A DNA stretch of 64,000 nt from an uncultured delta proteobacterium (GTDB lineage Bacteria > Desulfobacterota > Binatia > Binatales > Binataceae): NCBI GenBank assembly GCA_963808235.1, contig CAWEEQ010000004.1, positions 224,001-288,000 on the forward strand, written 5' to 3'. This document shows, piece by piece, positions 17,408-26,509 of the stretch. The notes beneath the pieces are model-generated. The model did no database searches and was not told the DNA's origin. It was given only the letters and a program-made list of their open reading frames with translations. Made by a program: the position numbers and the translations under genes. Every line of letters begins with the position of its first letter. Within the stretch, counting starts at the first letter, position 1.

Positions 17408-18136
17408 ATGGCAAGGACTGTGGCGGACGAAAAGAAAAACTTACGCGCTGTCTTAAGCGAGTGCCGCGAAGCGCTCGTACATGAATGCGCAGACGCGTGG
17501 TCGCAAATCGTTCAGCGCCGATTGATCGAGAGCGAATTCTACCGCGCCGCCTCCGCGATTGTTCTGTACGCCGCCAAGGGCCATGAAGTTTCCACCGACA
17601 TCATTCTCGCTGATTCGCTAAGCGCCGGCCGCGCGGTTTTCTATCCGCGAATCGAAACGGAAACGGGCACGATCGTTGCCCGGCGGGTTCGCGATCGCGC
17701 CGAGCTTCGCCCCGGCGCCTATGGAATTCTCGAGCCGCCGGAGTTGGCCGACGCGCTCGAGGCAGCATCGTTCAAACAAATCGTCGTATGTGTTCCCGGC
17801 GTGGCTTTCGGTCTCGAAGGCCAGCGCCTTGGTCGTGGCGGGGGCTACTATGATCGTTTCATCGCCCGAATCGGCGATGACGCGATCAGCGTGGGACTCG
17901 CCTATTCGTTCCAGCTGCTCGATCGAATTCCGGAAGCGGGGCACGATCGGCGGCTCAAATTCATTCTGACCGAATCCGCACTCCATCGCGCCTGCGATGC
18001 GCCACAGCTGGGCGATGAGAGGCGGACTAAGGAGGTACACCCGGGTGGCATTAATTACCGCAATCCTGGGATTCATAGTTGGTGGCGCGGTCTTATACTT
18101 TTGGGGGATAACGAACCAGCGCAAGGACGCCGTTAA
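17408..18136 (+). CDS. ygfA: 5-formyltetrahydrofolate cyclo-ligase
   Basis: GAYGILEP, VPGVAFG..GQRLGRGGGYYDR, HD..L..ILTE. Confidence 0.93.
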   Translation: MARTVADEKKNLRAVLSECREALVHECADAWSQIVQRRLIESEFYRAASAIVLYAAKGHEVSTDIILADSLSAGRAVFYPRIETETGTIVARRVRDRAELRPGAYGILEPPELADALEAASFKQIVVCVPGVAFGLEGQRLGRGGGYYDRFIARIGDDAISVGLAYSFQLLDRIPEAGHDRRLKFILTESALHRACDAPQLGDERRTKEVHPGGINYRNPGIHSWWRGLILLGDNEPAQGRR

Positions 18137-19604
18137 CCTGGAGGCCGCGCATGCTGAGGCCGAAGAAACAACCAAGGAGGCTCGAACTCGAAGCGAACTA
18201 TTAGTCAAGGAGGCCGAACTAAAGGCCAAGGACCTGGTCGTCGGCGCGCGCGCCGATGCCGAACGCGAAATGCGCGATCGCAGGCGCGAAATAACTGCGA
18301 TCGAACAAAAACTCGAAGCGCGCGAGGAGACTTTCGAAAAACGGCAAGAGGCATTCGAACGGCGCGAGGCCGACCTCAACCGCCGCGATCAGAGTCTGCG
18401 CTCGCGTGAGAAAAATCTCGGCGAAAAAGAAGAACAGCATCAGGCGCTGATCGACGAGGCTCGCACCAAGCTCGAAGCGGTCGCCGGGCTGACTCGCGAA
18501 GAGGCCAAGCGCTCGCTGATGGACGAGATGATCGGACAGGCGCGCACCGACGCCGCCAAGCATATCCGGATCGTCGAAGAAGAGGCGCGCGAGGAGGCCG
18601 ATCGCCGCGCGAAGAGGGTCGTCGCGATCGCAATCGAGCGCTTGGCGGGCGAGTTCGTCGCCGAGCGCACCGTCTCGGTCCTCGCGTTGCCCAACGATGA
18701 GATGAAGGGGCGGATTATCGGCCGCGAGGGCCGCAACATCCGCGCGATCGAAGCTGCCACCGGCGTCGATATCATTATCGACGACACTCCCGAGGCCGTG
18801 GTTATTTCATGCCACAATCCGATTCGTCGCGAGATCGCACGAGTTGCCCTCGAACAGCTGATCTCGGACGGCCGGATTCATCCCGGACGTATCGAGGAAG
18901 TCGTGCGCAAAGCCGAGCAGCAGGTCGAGGAATCGATTCGCGAGGCCGGACAGCGCGCGATCATCGAGGTCGGTGTGCATGGAATCCATCCTGAGCTGGT
19001 CAAGCTGCTCGGGATGCTCAAGTACCGTTACAGCTACGCGCAGAACGTGCTGATGCATTCGATCGAAGCGGCGTTCATCTGCGGTGCGATGGCGGCCGAG
19101 CTTGGGCTGAACGAGAAGCAGGCGCGCCGTGCGGCCCTGCTGCACGATATCGGCAAGGCGCTGACCCATGAAGTCGAGGGATCTCACGCGCTCATCGGCG
19201 GCGAGATCGCGCGCAAGTACGGCGAGTCGGCGAAGATTGTGAACGCGATCGCGGCGCATCATGAGGAAGTCAAAGCCGAGACGATTCTCGCGCCGCTGGT
19301 CGATGCCGCCGACGCGCTCTCGGGCGCGCGGCCGGGCGCCCGGCGCGAAGTGCTGGAGAGCTACGTCAAGCGGCTCGAGGATCTCGAGACGATCGCGAAG
19401 TCGTTCAAGGGCGTCGAGAAATGCTTCGCGGTGCAGGCCGGACGCGAGATGCGCGTGATCGTCGAGCCGAACCAGGTGTCGGACGAAGACACCTCGATGC
19501 TGGCGCGGGAAGTAGCGCGCAAAATCGAGGCGGACATGACGTATCCGGGGCAGATCCGGGTCACCGTCATCAGAGAGACGCGCGCGACCGAACTCGCGAA
19601 ATAA
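18045..19604 (+). CDS. rny: Ribonuclease Y
   Basis: GTG start after GGAGG; N-terminal TM, coiled coil, KH domain (KGRIIGREGRNI), HD domain (LLHDIGKA). Confidence 0.96.
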   Translation: MALITAILGFIVGGAVLYFWGITNQRKDAVNLEAAHAEAEETTKEARTRSELLVKEAELKAKDLVVGARADAEREMRDRRREITAIEQKLEAREETFEKRQEAFERREADLNRRDQSLRSREKNLGEKEEQHQALIDEARTKLEAVAGLTREEAKRSLMDEMIGQARTDAAKHIRIVEEEAREEADRRAKRVVAIAIERLAGEFVAERTVSVLALPNDEMKGRIIGREGRNIRAIEAATGVDIIIDDTPEAVVISCHNPIRREIARVALEQLISDGRIHPGRIEEVVRKAEQQVEESIREAGQRAIIEVGVHGIHPELVKLLGMLKYRYSYAQNVLMHSIEAAFICGAMAAELGLNEKQARRAALLHDIGKALTHEVEGSHALIGGEIARKYGESAKIVNAIAAHHEEVKAETILAPLVDAADALSGARPGARREVLESYVKRLEDLETIAKSFKGVEKCFAVQAGREMRVIVEPNQVSDEDTSMLAREVARKIEADMTYPGQIRVTVIRETRATELAK

Positions 19605-19621
19605 CTGTTGCGCAATTCGAA

Positions 19622-19662
19622 GCGAAGGCCCGATCGCAAAAGCGATCGGGCCTTCGTGCTTT
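19622..19662 (+). terminator. Terminator hairpin after rny
   Basis: cgaaggcccgatcgc-aaaa-gcgatcgggccttcg, 15-bp perfect stem. Confidence 0.75.
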
Positions 19663-19696
19663 AACGTGACGCTTCGGTTACTTTTCTTGTGTCGCG

Positions 19697-20251
19697 ATGT
19701 TTGAAGCCGAACGGATCGCCGGGACTGATTATGAACCAAGTCGGCTGCGCGAGTATCTCCGGCCGCCATTTCGTAGATTCGAACTCCTGACGCCGATGAG
19801 CCCGGCGCATGCTGCGCGGGTTCTTCAGGAGATCGTCGAGCCGCCGAGGAAGTGGGGGTGGCCGACTTCCACCAGGCGCGGATATTTTGAGGGCAGGGTG
19901 GCCGGCAGCCGCTTCAAAATAAATCGAGTCATGAAGCGTCCGAGCTCGTTCATGCCGATAATCGAAGGGAACTTCCGGCGCGACGGGTTGGGAACCGTCG
20001 TGACTCTGAACATGCGGATGGTGTGGCCGGTAGTGCCTGTCTGGTTCGGCATAATTGTTTTTCTGTTCTGGAATTCCGTGACTGCCGACTCGCTCGTGGC
20101 GCAGTCGTTTGGCGCGCGATTGTTGCTGCTCGGAATGACGCTGTTCATATATCTGGTGGCGACGGTGTCTTTCGCTGCCGAAGTGCGAGTCGCGATGAAG
20201 CGCTTGATGGAGCTTCTGCCCTCCGGCAGCTTTACCGCCGATCGAGGCTGA
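19697..20251 (+). CDS. Hypothetical membrane protein (two C-terminal TM)
   Basis: 184-aa ORF with a beta-rich N-terminal part and two hydrophobic helices. Confidence 0.7.
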   Translation: MFEAERIAGTDYEPSRLREYLRPPFRRFELLTPMSPAHAARVLQEIVEPPRKWGWPTSTRRGYFEGRVAGSRFKINRVMKRPSSFMPIIEGNFRRDGLGTVVTLNMRMVWPVVPVWFGIIVFLFWNSVTADSLVAQSFGARLLLLGMTLFIYLVATVSFAAEVRVAMKRLMELLPSGSFTADRG

Positions 20252-20268
20252 AGGTATGATCGCTCGCG

Positions 20269-20808
20269 ATGCCGACGACGCGGGAAGTTCTCGAGGCTAC
20301 GATCGCTCTGGAAAAACAGAGCATGGCGCTGTATGCGCGCTTCGCGAAGTTGTTCGCGAGCGATACCGCGTTGCAGGATTTCTGGTTCGGGATGGCGCGT
20401 GACGAGGCCCGTCACGTCGGCGCGCTCGATCTGGTGACCACGGTGCTCGACCAGGAAGGGATGCTCGACAAGCCCAGCCCCATCTCGCTCGAAGACGCGA
20501 CGATCATTCGGTTGCGCACGTTGCTGGAAAAATCGCAGCGGGATGCGGTCCCAGGGATCGCGCTCGAACGCGCACTCCAGATCGCGCTCGAAGTCGAGGA
20601 GACCGAGCTCGAAGATCTGGTGTCCGACTTGCTCAAGGCGTTGCAGGCGCCCGACGAATATGAGCGATGCCTGCGCCTGCTGATCCACGACCTCGGTGAA
20701 CTCAGCTACATGATCGAACGTCATTCGCAGGATCCGGCGCTGCTCTCGCGATGCGACGCGCTGGTGAATCGGCACGCCGAAACGCTGCGCCATACCTCGG
20801 TTAGATAG
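20269..20808 (+). CDS. Ferritin-like/rubrerythrin-family four-helix protein
   Basis: IALEKQSMALY...MARDEARH...ALEVEE. Confidence 0.7.
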   Translation: MPTTREVLEATIALEKQSMALYARFAKLFASDTALQDFWFGMARDEARHVGALDLVTTVLDQEGMLDKPSPISLEDATIIRLRTLLEKSQRDAVPGIALERALQIALEVEETELEDLVSDLLKALQAPDEYERCLRLLIHDLGELSYMIERHSQDPALLSRCDALVNRHAETLRHTSVR

Positions 20809-20856
20809 AGCGAGGTGGCGCGGGCGATGGGCGTTGGTTATATTTGAGCGCTGCGC

Positions 20857-20932
20857 TGAGGAGTGGCCAAATTGGTAAGGCACCTGACTCTGGATCAGGC
20901 GATTGCAGGTTCGAGTCCTGCCTCCTCAGCCA
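20857..20932 (+). tRNA. tRNA-Gln (CTG)
   Basis: TGAGGAG/CTCCTCA acceptor, CCTGA-CTCTGGA-TCAGG, GGTTCGAGTCC, CCA end. Confidence 0.96.
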
Positions 20933-20968
20933 CCGATTCTCCCCCGCTGGGAAGCGGGGCGCGACGAC

Positions 20969-21043
20969 GGTCCCATCGTCTAGTGGTTAGGACACCGGCC
21001 TCTCACGTCGGGAACGCGGGTTCGACTCCCGCTGGGATCACCA
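20969..21043 (+). tRNA. tRNA-Glu (CTC)
   Basis: GGTCCCA/TGGGATC acceptor, CCGGC-CTCTCAC-GTCGG, GGTTCGACTCC, CCA end. Confidence 0.96.
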
Positions 21044-21049
21044 ATCAAG

Positions 21050-21655
21050 CTACTTCGACTCGATGATCAGTTCCTCGACGTCGCGCAGGCGATCTTTGCC
21101 GAAGAAGATCTCGTCGCCGACGTAGAAAGTTGGTGAGCCGAAGGTGCCGCGCTCGACTGAGCGCTGCGTGTTCGCGATCAGTTTATCTTTGACCGGTTGC
21201 GATTCGATCAGTTCCAGGATTTTCGCTTTCGGGAGTCCGGCTTCGTCGAGCGCCGCGCGGAACACGTCGGGGTCATCCATCTTTTTTGGGTCGGCCCACA
21301 TGTTCCGGTACATTTCGTCGACGTAACGCTCGAACACGCCGAGTGACTGCGCAGCGATCGCCCCGCGCATCATCATGAGAGTGTTCACCGGAAAAAATGG
21401 ATTGCTTTTGTAGCGGGTGATCTTATGCCGGCGTACGAAGCGGGCCGTTTCGAGCCGTTCGTACTCGGGCTTGTTTTTGATGCCCGCAAGGCTCTGCGCC
21501 GGCGAGCGATTGTTGGTCGCCTTGAAAACGCCGCCCAGCAGCACCGGCACGTATTCGAACTTCACGCCGGTGCGTTTTTCAATTTCAGGAATGACGAGGT
21601 GGCTCAGATACGCATTGGGACTGCCGAAGTCGAAGTGAAATTCTACTTTGATCAT
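21050..21655 (-). CDS. 2-hydroxychromene-2-carboxylate isomerase / kappa-class GST (DsbA family)
   Basis: FHFDFGSPNAY, PVLLGGVF, GTFGSPTF...FFGKDRL. Confidence 0.92.
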   Translation of the reverse strand: MIKVEFHFDFGSPNAYLSHLVIPEIEKRTGVKFEYVPVLLGGVFKATNNRSPAQSLAGIKNKPEYERLETARFVRRHKITRYKSNPFFPVNTLMMMRGAIAAQSLGVFERYVDEMYRNMWADPKKMDDPDVFRAALDEAGLPKAKILELIESQPVKDKLIANTQRSVERGTFGSPTFYVGDEIFFGKDRLRDVEELIIESK

Positions 21656-21659
21656 TGCG

Positions 21660-22403
21660 TCACCATTTCTCGCCGAAGGGACGAATCTCCTGCTCGAACG
21701 TCCACGCATCGCGCGGCTGCTGGTATAGTTGCCAGTACGACTCGGCGACCGCCGCCGGCCTCATGAGGCGTGCGACATCGAGGTTCTTCATCGCCTGGTC
21801 GCCTTCGCGTTCGCGGATTCGATCGCGCACCCATGCAGTATCCACGCCCGCATCGATCACCAGATGAGCGACGTGGATATTTTTCGGTCCCAGTTCCCTC
21901 GCGGCGCTTTGCGCGACCGCACGGAGTCCGAATTTCGCGGCCGCAAACGCCGCGTATCCGACTCCGCCGCGCAGACTGGCCGTGGCGCCGGTAAAGAAAA
22001 TAGATCCGCGGCCGCGCGGAAGCATCAGGCGCGCGGCCTCCCGCCCCGCGATGAATCCGGAGTAACAGGCCATCTCCCAGACTTTGCGGAACACGCGATC
22101 GGTCGTCTCGAGCAGTGGGAAATTGACGTTTGCGCCGACGTTGAAGACGCAGACCTCGAGCGGCGCCTGCTGGTCGGCCTCTCGCAGAAAAGCGGTGAGG
22201 TCGTCTTCCTTACGTGCGTCGAGCGCGCGCGCAAAGATTCGGCCGCCACTTGCCTCGACCTCCGCGACCAACGGCGCGAGCTTGTCGCCCTGGCGTCGTC
22301 CGGCGAAAACGGTAAAACCCTCGGCCGCAAATTTTTTTGCGATCGCCGCGCCGATGTAGTCACCAGCTCCGATCACTGCCGCGGTGGCATTTCTGTCTTG
22401 CAA
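21660..22403 (-). CDS. SDR-family oxidoreductase
   Basis: IGAGDYIG, FTGATASLRG, FAAAKFGLR, HVAHLVIDA. Confidence 0.92.
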   Translation of the reverse strand: MQDRNATAAVIGAGDYIGAAIAKKFAAEGFTVFAGRRQGDKLAPLVAEVEASGGRIFARALDARKEDDLTAFLREADQQAPLEVCVFNVGANVNFPLLETTDRVFRKVWEMACYSGFIAGREAARLMLPRGRGSIFFTGATASLRGGVGYAAFAAAKFGLRAVAQSAARELGPKNIHVAHLVIDAGVDTAWVRDRIREREGDQAMKNLDVARLMRPAAVAESYWQLYQQPRDAWTFEQEIRPFGEKW

Positions 22404-22415
22404 GGGTGATTCTCC

Positions 22416-23021
22416 TTAGGCGCGAACTTTGACGCGGCGGCTTCTTCTTGAAGCAGAAGTAACCCGCCGGGCGGTGGTTTTCAGAATTTGATTAGAGAGG
22501 GTCTGGTCGCTGACTGCGCGGGCGAGAATCATTGCGCCGACCATCGAAACGAATGCCGAGATCGCGTCCTCTTTGCTGCACGAAGGATCGTCTTCACGCA
22601 TCAGCTCAGTCAGGAATTCGAGCGAGTTCTTTAACTCCCGGGTGAACGAATCGCGAACGGGTCGCGGCTGTCGGGCGATTTCGCTGCCGAGCGCTGCAAC
22701 GACGCATCCCTGGCCGGCTGAATCGCGATGCGCGATCGAAAGGTATTGAGCGACGATGTTGGGAAACACTTTCTTTCGCCGGTTGCGCGCCGCGAGTGTT
22801 TGCCAAAGGTGTTTTGATTTCGCGAGTGCGAGACCGACCGCCTCGGCCGCGATGATCTGCTTCGATCCGAACTGGCTATATACGGCGCCGTGAGTAAGGC
22901 CCGCCTCTTCGGTAATCGAGTCGACGCCGGTCGCGCCGATTCCGTGTTCGCGGAACAAGCGAGCGGCTGCTTTCAGGATCTGATGGCGGTTCTCCGCCGC
23001 TTTTTCTTTCGATACGCGCAT
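22416..23021 (-). CDS. TetR/AcrR-family transcriptional regulator
   Basis: ILKAAARLFREHG...ITEEAGLTHGAVYSQFGSK helix-turn-helix. Confidence 0.93.
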   Translation of the reverse strand: MRVSKEKAAENRHQILKAAARLFREHGIGATGVDSITEEAGLTHGAVYSQFGSKQIIAAEAVGLALAKSKHLWQTLAARNRRKKVFPNIVAQYLSIAHRDSAGQGCVVAALGSEIARQPRPVRDSFTRELKNSLEFLTELMREDDPSCSKEDAISAFVSMVGAMILARAVSDQTLSNQILKTTARRVTSASRRSRRVKVRA

Positions 23022-23045
23022 TCAGCGCTCCGTTTCTTTCCAGAC

Positions 23046-23098
23046 TTGACACATTTGATTACGAGCGCCATTAATATGCCAAACATGACGGGCGCTAT
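23046..23098. promoter_or_regulatory. Divergent promoter region with two imperfect palindromes (candidate TetR operators)
   Basis: TTGACA at 23046; related 14-mers ATTACGAGCGCCAT (23058-23071) and ATGACGGGCGCTAT (23085-23098). Confidence 0.5.
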
Positions 23099-23156
23099 CA
23101 ATAGGCGGAACTTTGATGTTTCCTGATTGATCGCAGCGCCGGACAGGTGAAACGCG

Positions 23157-23879
23157 ATGGCGTCTAAAGAAGAAAAAAAAGTAGCGGTCGTGGTGGGCGT
23201 CGGCGCCGGTCTCGGCGCGGCGCTGGCGGTGCGCTTCGCCGCGGGCTACAAGGTCGCGCTCATCGCGAGGAGCGCCGAGGTTAGCGGCAAGGTTGCCGAC
23301 GAGATCAAATCCTCCGGCGGCGTTGCGCTTCCAATCCAAAGCGACGCTACGATTGAAGCGGAGATCGCCGGCGCGCATCAACGAATCAATCGCGAACTCG
23401 GTCCGATCGAAGTTTTGATCTACAACGGCGGCCGGCGTCCGATGGGACGCCTGATGGAAACGACTCCCCAGGTGTTCGAGGAGACCTGGCGATTGCATAC
23501 GCTGGGCGCGTTTCTGTGGGCGCGGCAGGTCGTGCCGGAGATGCTCTCACGCGCCAGTGGCACGATTCTGATCACAGGTGCGATCGCGGGTACCCGGCCG
23601 TGGCCAAACTCCGCGGCGTTCGCTCCGGCCAAGTTCGCGGTGCGAGGACTCAGTGAAGTGATGGCGCGCGATCTTCATCCGCAGGGGATCCACGTCGCGT
23701 ACGTCAATGTCGACGGCGGCATCGATATGCCTCTGCTCAGAAAATTCCTGCCCAACGCAAAAGACGAAGATCTGCTCAAGCCGTCCGCAATCGCCGACGC
23801 GTTCTGGTACCTCGCGCATCAGGACAGGAGCGTGTGGAGCAATCATCTCGATGTAAGGCCGTTCAAGGAAAAATTCTAG
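23157..23879 (+). CDS. SDR-family oxidoreductase
   Basis: VGVGAGLG, FAPAKFAVR, HVAYVNVDG, DVRPFKEKF. Confidence 0.92.
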   Translation: MASKEEKKVAVVVGVGAGLGAALAVRFAAGYKVALIARSAEVSGKVADEIKSSGGVALPIQSDATIEAEIAGAHQRINRELGPIEVLIYNGGRRPMGRLMETTPQVFEETWRLHTLGAFLWARQVVPEMLSRASGTILITGAIAGTRPWPNSAAFAPAKFAVRGLSEVMARDLHPQGIHVAYVNVDGGIDMPLLRKFLPNAKDEDLLKPSAIADAFWYLAHQDRSVWSNHLDVRPFKEKF

Positions 23880-23901
23880 CCCGCGCGCGACGAGTATATT
23901 C

Positions 23902-24547
23902 ATGACGCATGATTTGACGCTCTGGGGTGTCGGGACCAGCCGCACGCTGCGCCCTCATTGGATGCTGCTCGAACTCGGCCTCGAGTATGAATTTCATCCG
24001 ATTGGATCGCGCACCGGCGAGACCCTTACCGAAGAGTTCATGCGGCTCAATCCGCGGCATAAGATTCCGGTCCTGCGCCATGGATCTTTCGTGTTGACCG
24101 AGAGCGCGGCGATTATTCAGTACCTTGGTGAAAGTTTTTCCAATCCAAATTCGATCGAGGCGCCTCGGGACGCCGAGAGCCGCGCGGCATTGAATGAGTG
24201 GTGCTATTTTATCGCGACTGAGCTCGACGCGGCTTCGCTCTACGTGATGCGACGCCATATTGGCCTCGAGCACATCTACGGCGCGGCGCCAAAGGCCGTC
24301 GAGTCCGCGCGGAGCTACTTTATAGAGAACGTTGAAGCGATGGCTCCGCGGGTCGCGAGATCGGGCCGGTATCTTATGGGTGATCGGTTCAGCATCGCCG
24401 ATATTCTTATGATGACTTGTCTTGGAGTGGGCGATCTTTGAACGAATCCCGCTGTCTGAGCCGTTGCACGAATATCGTTCGCGTGTGGCGCTGCGGCCTG
24501 CGTATCAGAAAGCGCTCGAACGAAATTTTCCGGCTCGGCAACCTTGA
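23902..24547 (+). pseudogene. Glutathione S-transferase with a one-base insertion near 24421 (pseudogene or sequencing error)
   Basis: SRTLRPHWMLLELG, LNPRHKIPVL, ESAAI, FSIADI. The C-terminal helices LEWAIFERIPL...RVALRPAYQKAL continue in the next frame to TGA 24547. Confidence 0.8.
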
Positions 24548-24577
24548 CCCGAGCGGCTTAACTTAAGGAGTAAGGAA

Positions 24578-25777
24578 ATGCCGGGAGCGCTTGCTGGAGT
24601 GCGCGTACTCGATCTGACGACGATGGTCGCCGGGCCGGTCGCAACAATGATGCTTGCCGATCAGGGTGCCGAGGTAATCAAGGTCGAATCTCCGCGTGGC
24701 GATCTGATGCGTCACTTCAGCTACGGCCGCACCGGGATGGGCGCATCATTCCTGTGCTGCAACCGCAACAAGCGCTCGATTGCCGTCGATCTCAAGACTG
24801 CCGATGGCCTCGAGATCGTTAAGAAGCTGATCGCTACCGCGGCGGTTTTCGCGCACAACTTCCGGCCCGGGACTGCCGAGCGCATCGGCCTCGGCGAAGA
24901 GACGGTGCGAAGTATTCGCCACGACATCATCTACGTTTCGATATGTGGGTACGGAGAGACGGGCCCGTACGCCAATCAGCGCGCCTACGATCCGGTGATT
25001 CAGGCGATGTCGGGGCTCGCGGATATTCAGCGTGAGCGAGATACCGGGCGTCCACGGATGGTGCGAACGATCATCGCCGATTACACCACCGCGCTGACTG
25101 CGGCCCAGGCGATGACCGCGGCGCTTTTCGCGCGCGAGCGTTCCGGCGAAGGACAGCACGTGCGAATCGCGATGCTCGACGCGATGATCTCCTATCTCTG
25201 GCCCGAAGCGATGCCGAGCATGACCTTCGTCGGCAACGAAACCGATCCCTCCGACGGCGAGGTCGGCCCCGACCTGGTATTCGCGACTCAGGATCGATAC
25301 ATCACGGCGGGCGCGCTGTCGGACGACGAATGGGCGGGGATGTGCCGGGCGCTCAATCGGCAGGATCTCATCGACGATCCGCGCTTCAAGACTACCCGCG
25401 ATCGAGCCGTGAACGCTGTCCTGCGCCGGGAGATCACGAGTGCCGAGCTCGAGAAATGGCGCGCGAACGAAATCCTGCCGCGCCTGCTCGAAAACGATGT
25501 ACCGTCCGCCCCGGTCTTGAGCCGTTTTGAACTGTTGCAGGACGAGCAGGTCCGCGCGAATCACATCCTCGAAGAGTTTGAGAGCGCGACGCTCGGAAAA
25601 GTGCGGATGCCACGCCCGGCGGCTCAATTCGATCGCACCCCGGCCGAAGTCCGTGCGATGGCGCCTCAGCTCGGCGCGGATAACGGCGCCATATTGAGCG
25701 AGTTGGGATATGGCGCCGGCGATATTGCGCGCCTCGAAAACGCTCGCGTCGTGCGGAGTCAACCCACCAAAGTCTGA
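24578..25777 (+). CDS. CaiB/BaiF family III CoA-transferase
   Basis: LAGVRVLDLT..VAGP, DQGAEVIKVE, NRNKRS, NFRPG, YDPVIQAMSG. Confidence 0.95.
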   Translation: MPGALAGVRVLDLTTMVAGPVATMMLADQGAEVIKVESPRGDLMRHFSYGRTGMGASFLCCNRNKRSIAVDLKTADGLEIVKKLIATAAVFAHNFRPGTAERIGLGEETVRSIRHDIIYVSICGYGETGPYANQRAYDPVIQAMSGLADIQRERDTGRPRMVRTIIADYTTALTAAQAMTAALFARERSGEGQHVRIAMLDAMISYLWPEAMPSMTFVGNETDPSDGEVGPDLVFATQDRYITAGALSDDEWAGMCRALNRQDLIDDPRFKTTRDRAVNAVLRREITSAELEKWRANEILPRLLENDVPSAPVLSRFELLQDEQVRANHILEEFESATLGKVRMPRPAAQFDRTPAEVRAMAPQLGADNGAILSELGYGAGDIARLENARVVRSQPTKV

Positions 25778-25792
25778 GCAAGGGACCTGACG

Positions 25793-26500
25793 ATGGAAAA
25801 AAAGAATCCCGTTGCACTTGTGACTGGCGTCGGTCCCGGAACCGGCGCTGCGATCGCGCGGCGTTTCTCGCGCGGAGGGTACGCGGTTGCGATGCTCGCG
25901 CGAAATCGCGAGCGCCTCGCCGCGCTCCAGCGGGAGATCCCGAACTCGCACGCATATCCCTGCGATGTCACCGACGAAGCGCAACTCGACGCCACCCTTG
26001 AGGCGATTCGCGCCGAACTCAGCGCACCCAAGGTGCTGATCCACAACGCGGTCGGCGGCGCGTTCGGAAACTTCCTGGAAATCGATCCTAAAGTCCTCAA
26101 TCAAAACTTCCAGGTGAATACGATGGCGTTGCTGTACCTCGCGCGGCGACTCGCGCCGGCGATGGTCGCGGCAGGCGAGGGCGCGATCATTGCCAGCGGC
26201 AACACCTCGGCGCTTCGCGGCAAGGCGAGCTTTGCCGGCTTCGCGCCGACCAAGGCCGCGCAGAGGATTCTCGCCGAGTCGATCGCGCGCGAGCTTGGAC
26301 CCAAGGGCGTGCATGTCGCTTACGTGCTGATCGACGCGGTCATCGATCTCGAGTGGACGCGAAAGCGATTCGCCGATGCTCCGAACGAATTCTTCATCAC
26401 GCCCGCCGCGATCGCCGACGAAATCTGGCACGTCGCGCATCAGGATCGATGCGCGTGGTCGTTCAACGTCGAGGTCAGGCCGTTTCGCGAGACCTGGTGA
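25793..26500 (+). CDS. SDR-family oxidoreductase
   Basis: TGVGPGTG, GNTSALRG, FAPTKAAQR, EVRPFRETW. Confidence 0.92.
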   Translation: MEKKNPVALVTGVGPGTGAAIARRFSRGGYAVAMLARNRERLAALQREIPNSHAYPCDVTDEAQLDATLEAIRAELSAPKVLIHNAVGGAFGNFLEIDPKVLNQNFQVNTMALLYLARRLAPAMVAAGEGAIIASGNTSALRGKASFAGFAPTKAAQRILAESIARELGPKGVHVAYVLIDAVIDLEWTRKRFADAPNEFFITPAAIADEIWHVAHQDRCAWSFNVEVRPFRETW

Positions 26501-26509
26501 AGGTGAGTC

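Noticed and set aside
20941-20960. cccgctggga between the two tRNAs matches the tRNA-Glu 3' end, suggesting an att repeat
   Set aside because: Only 10 nt, part of a local hairpin, and no integrase or distal copy was seen
24746-26440. 564-aa antisense ORF, and similar long shadow ORFs at 5904-7034, 9617-10882, 37834-39279 and 50370-51866
   Set aside because: They lie opposite well-supported genes, lack motifs, and are expected from high-GC codon bias
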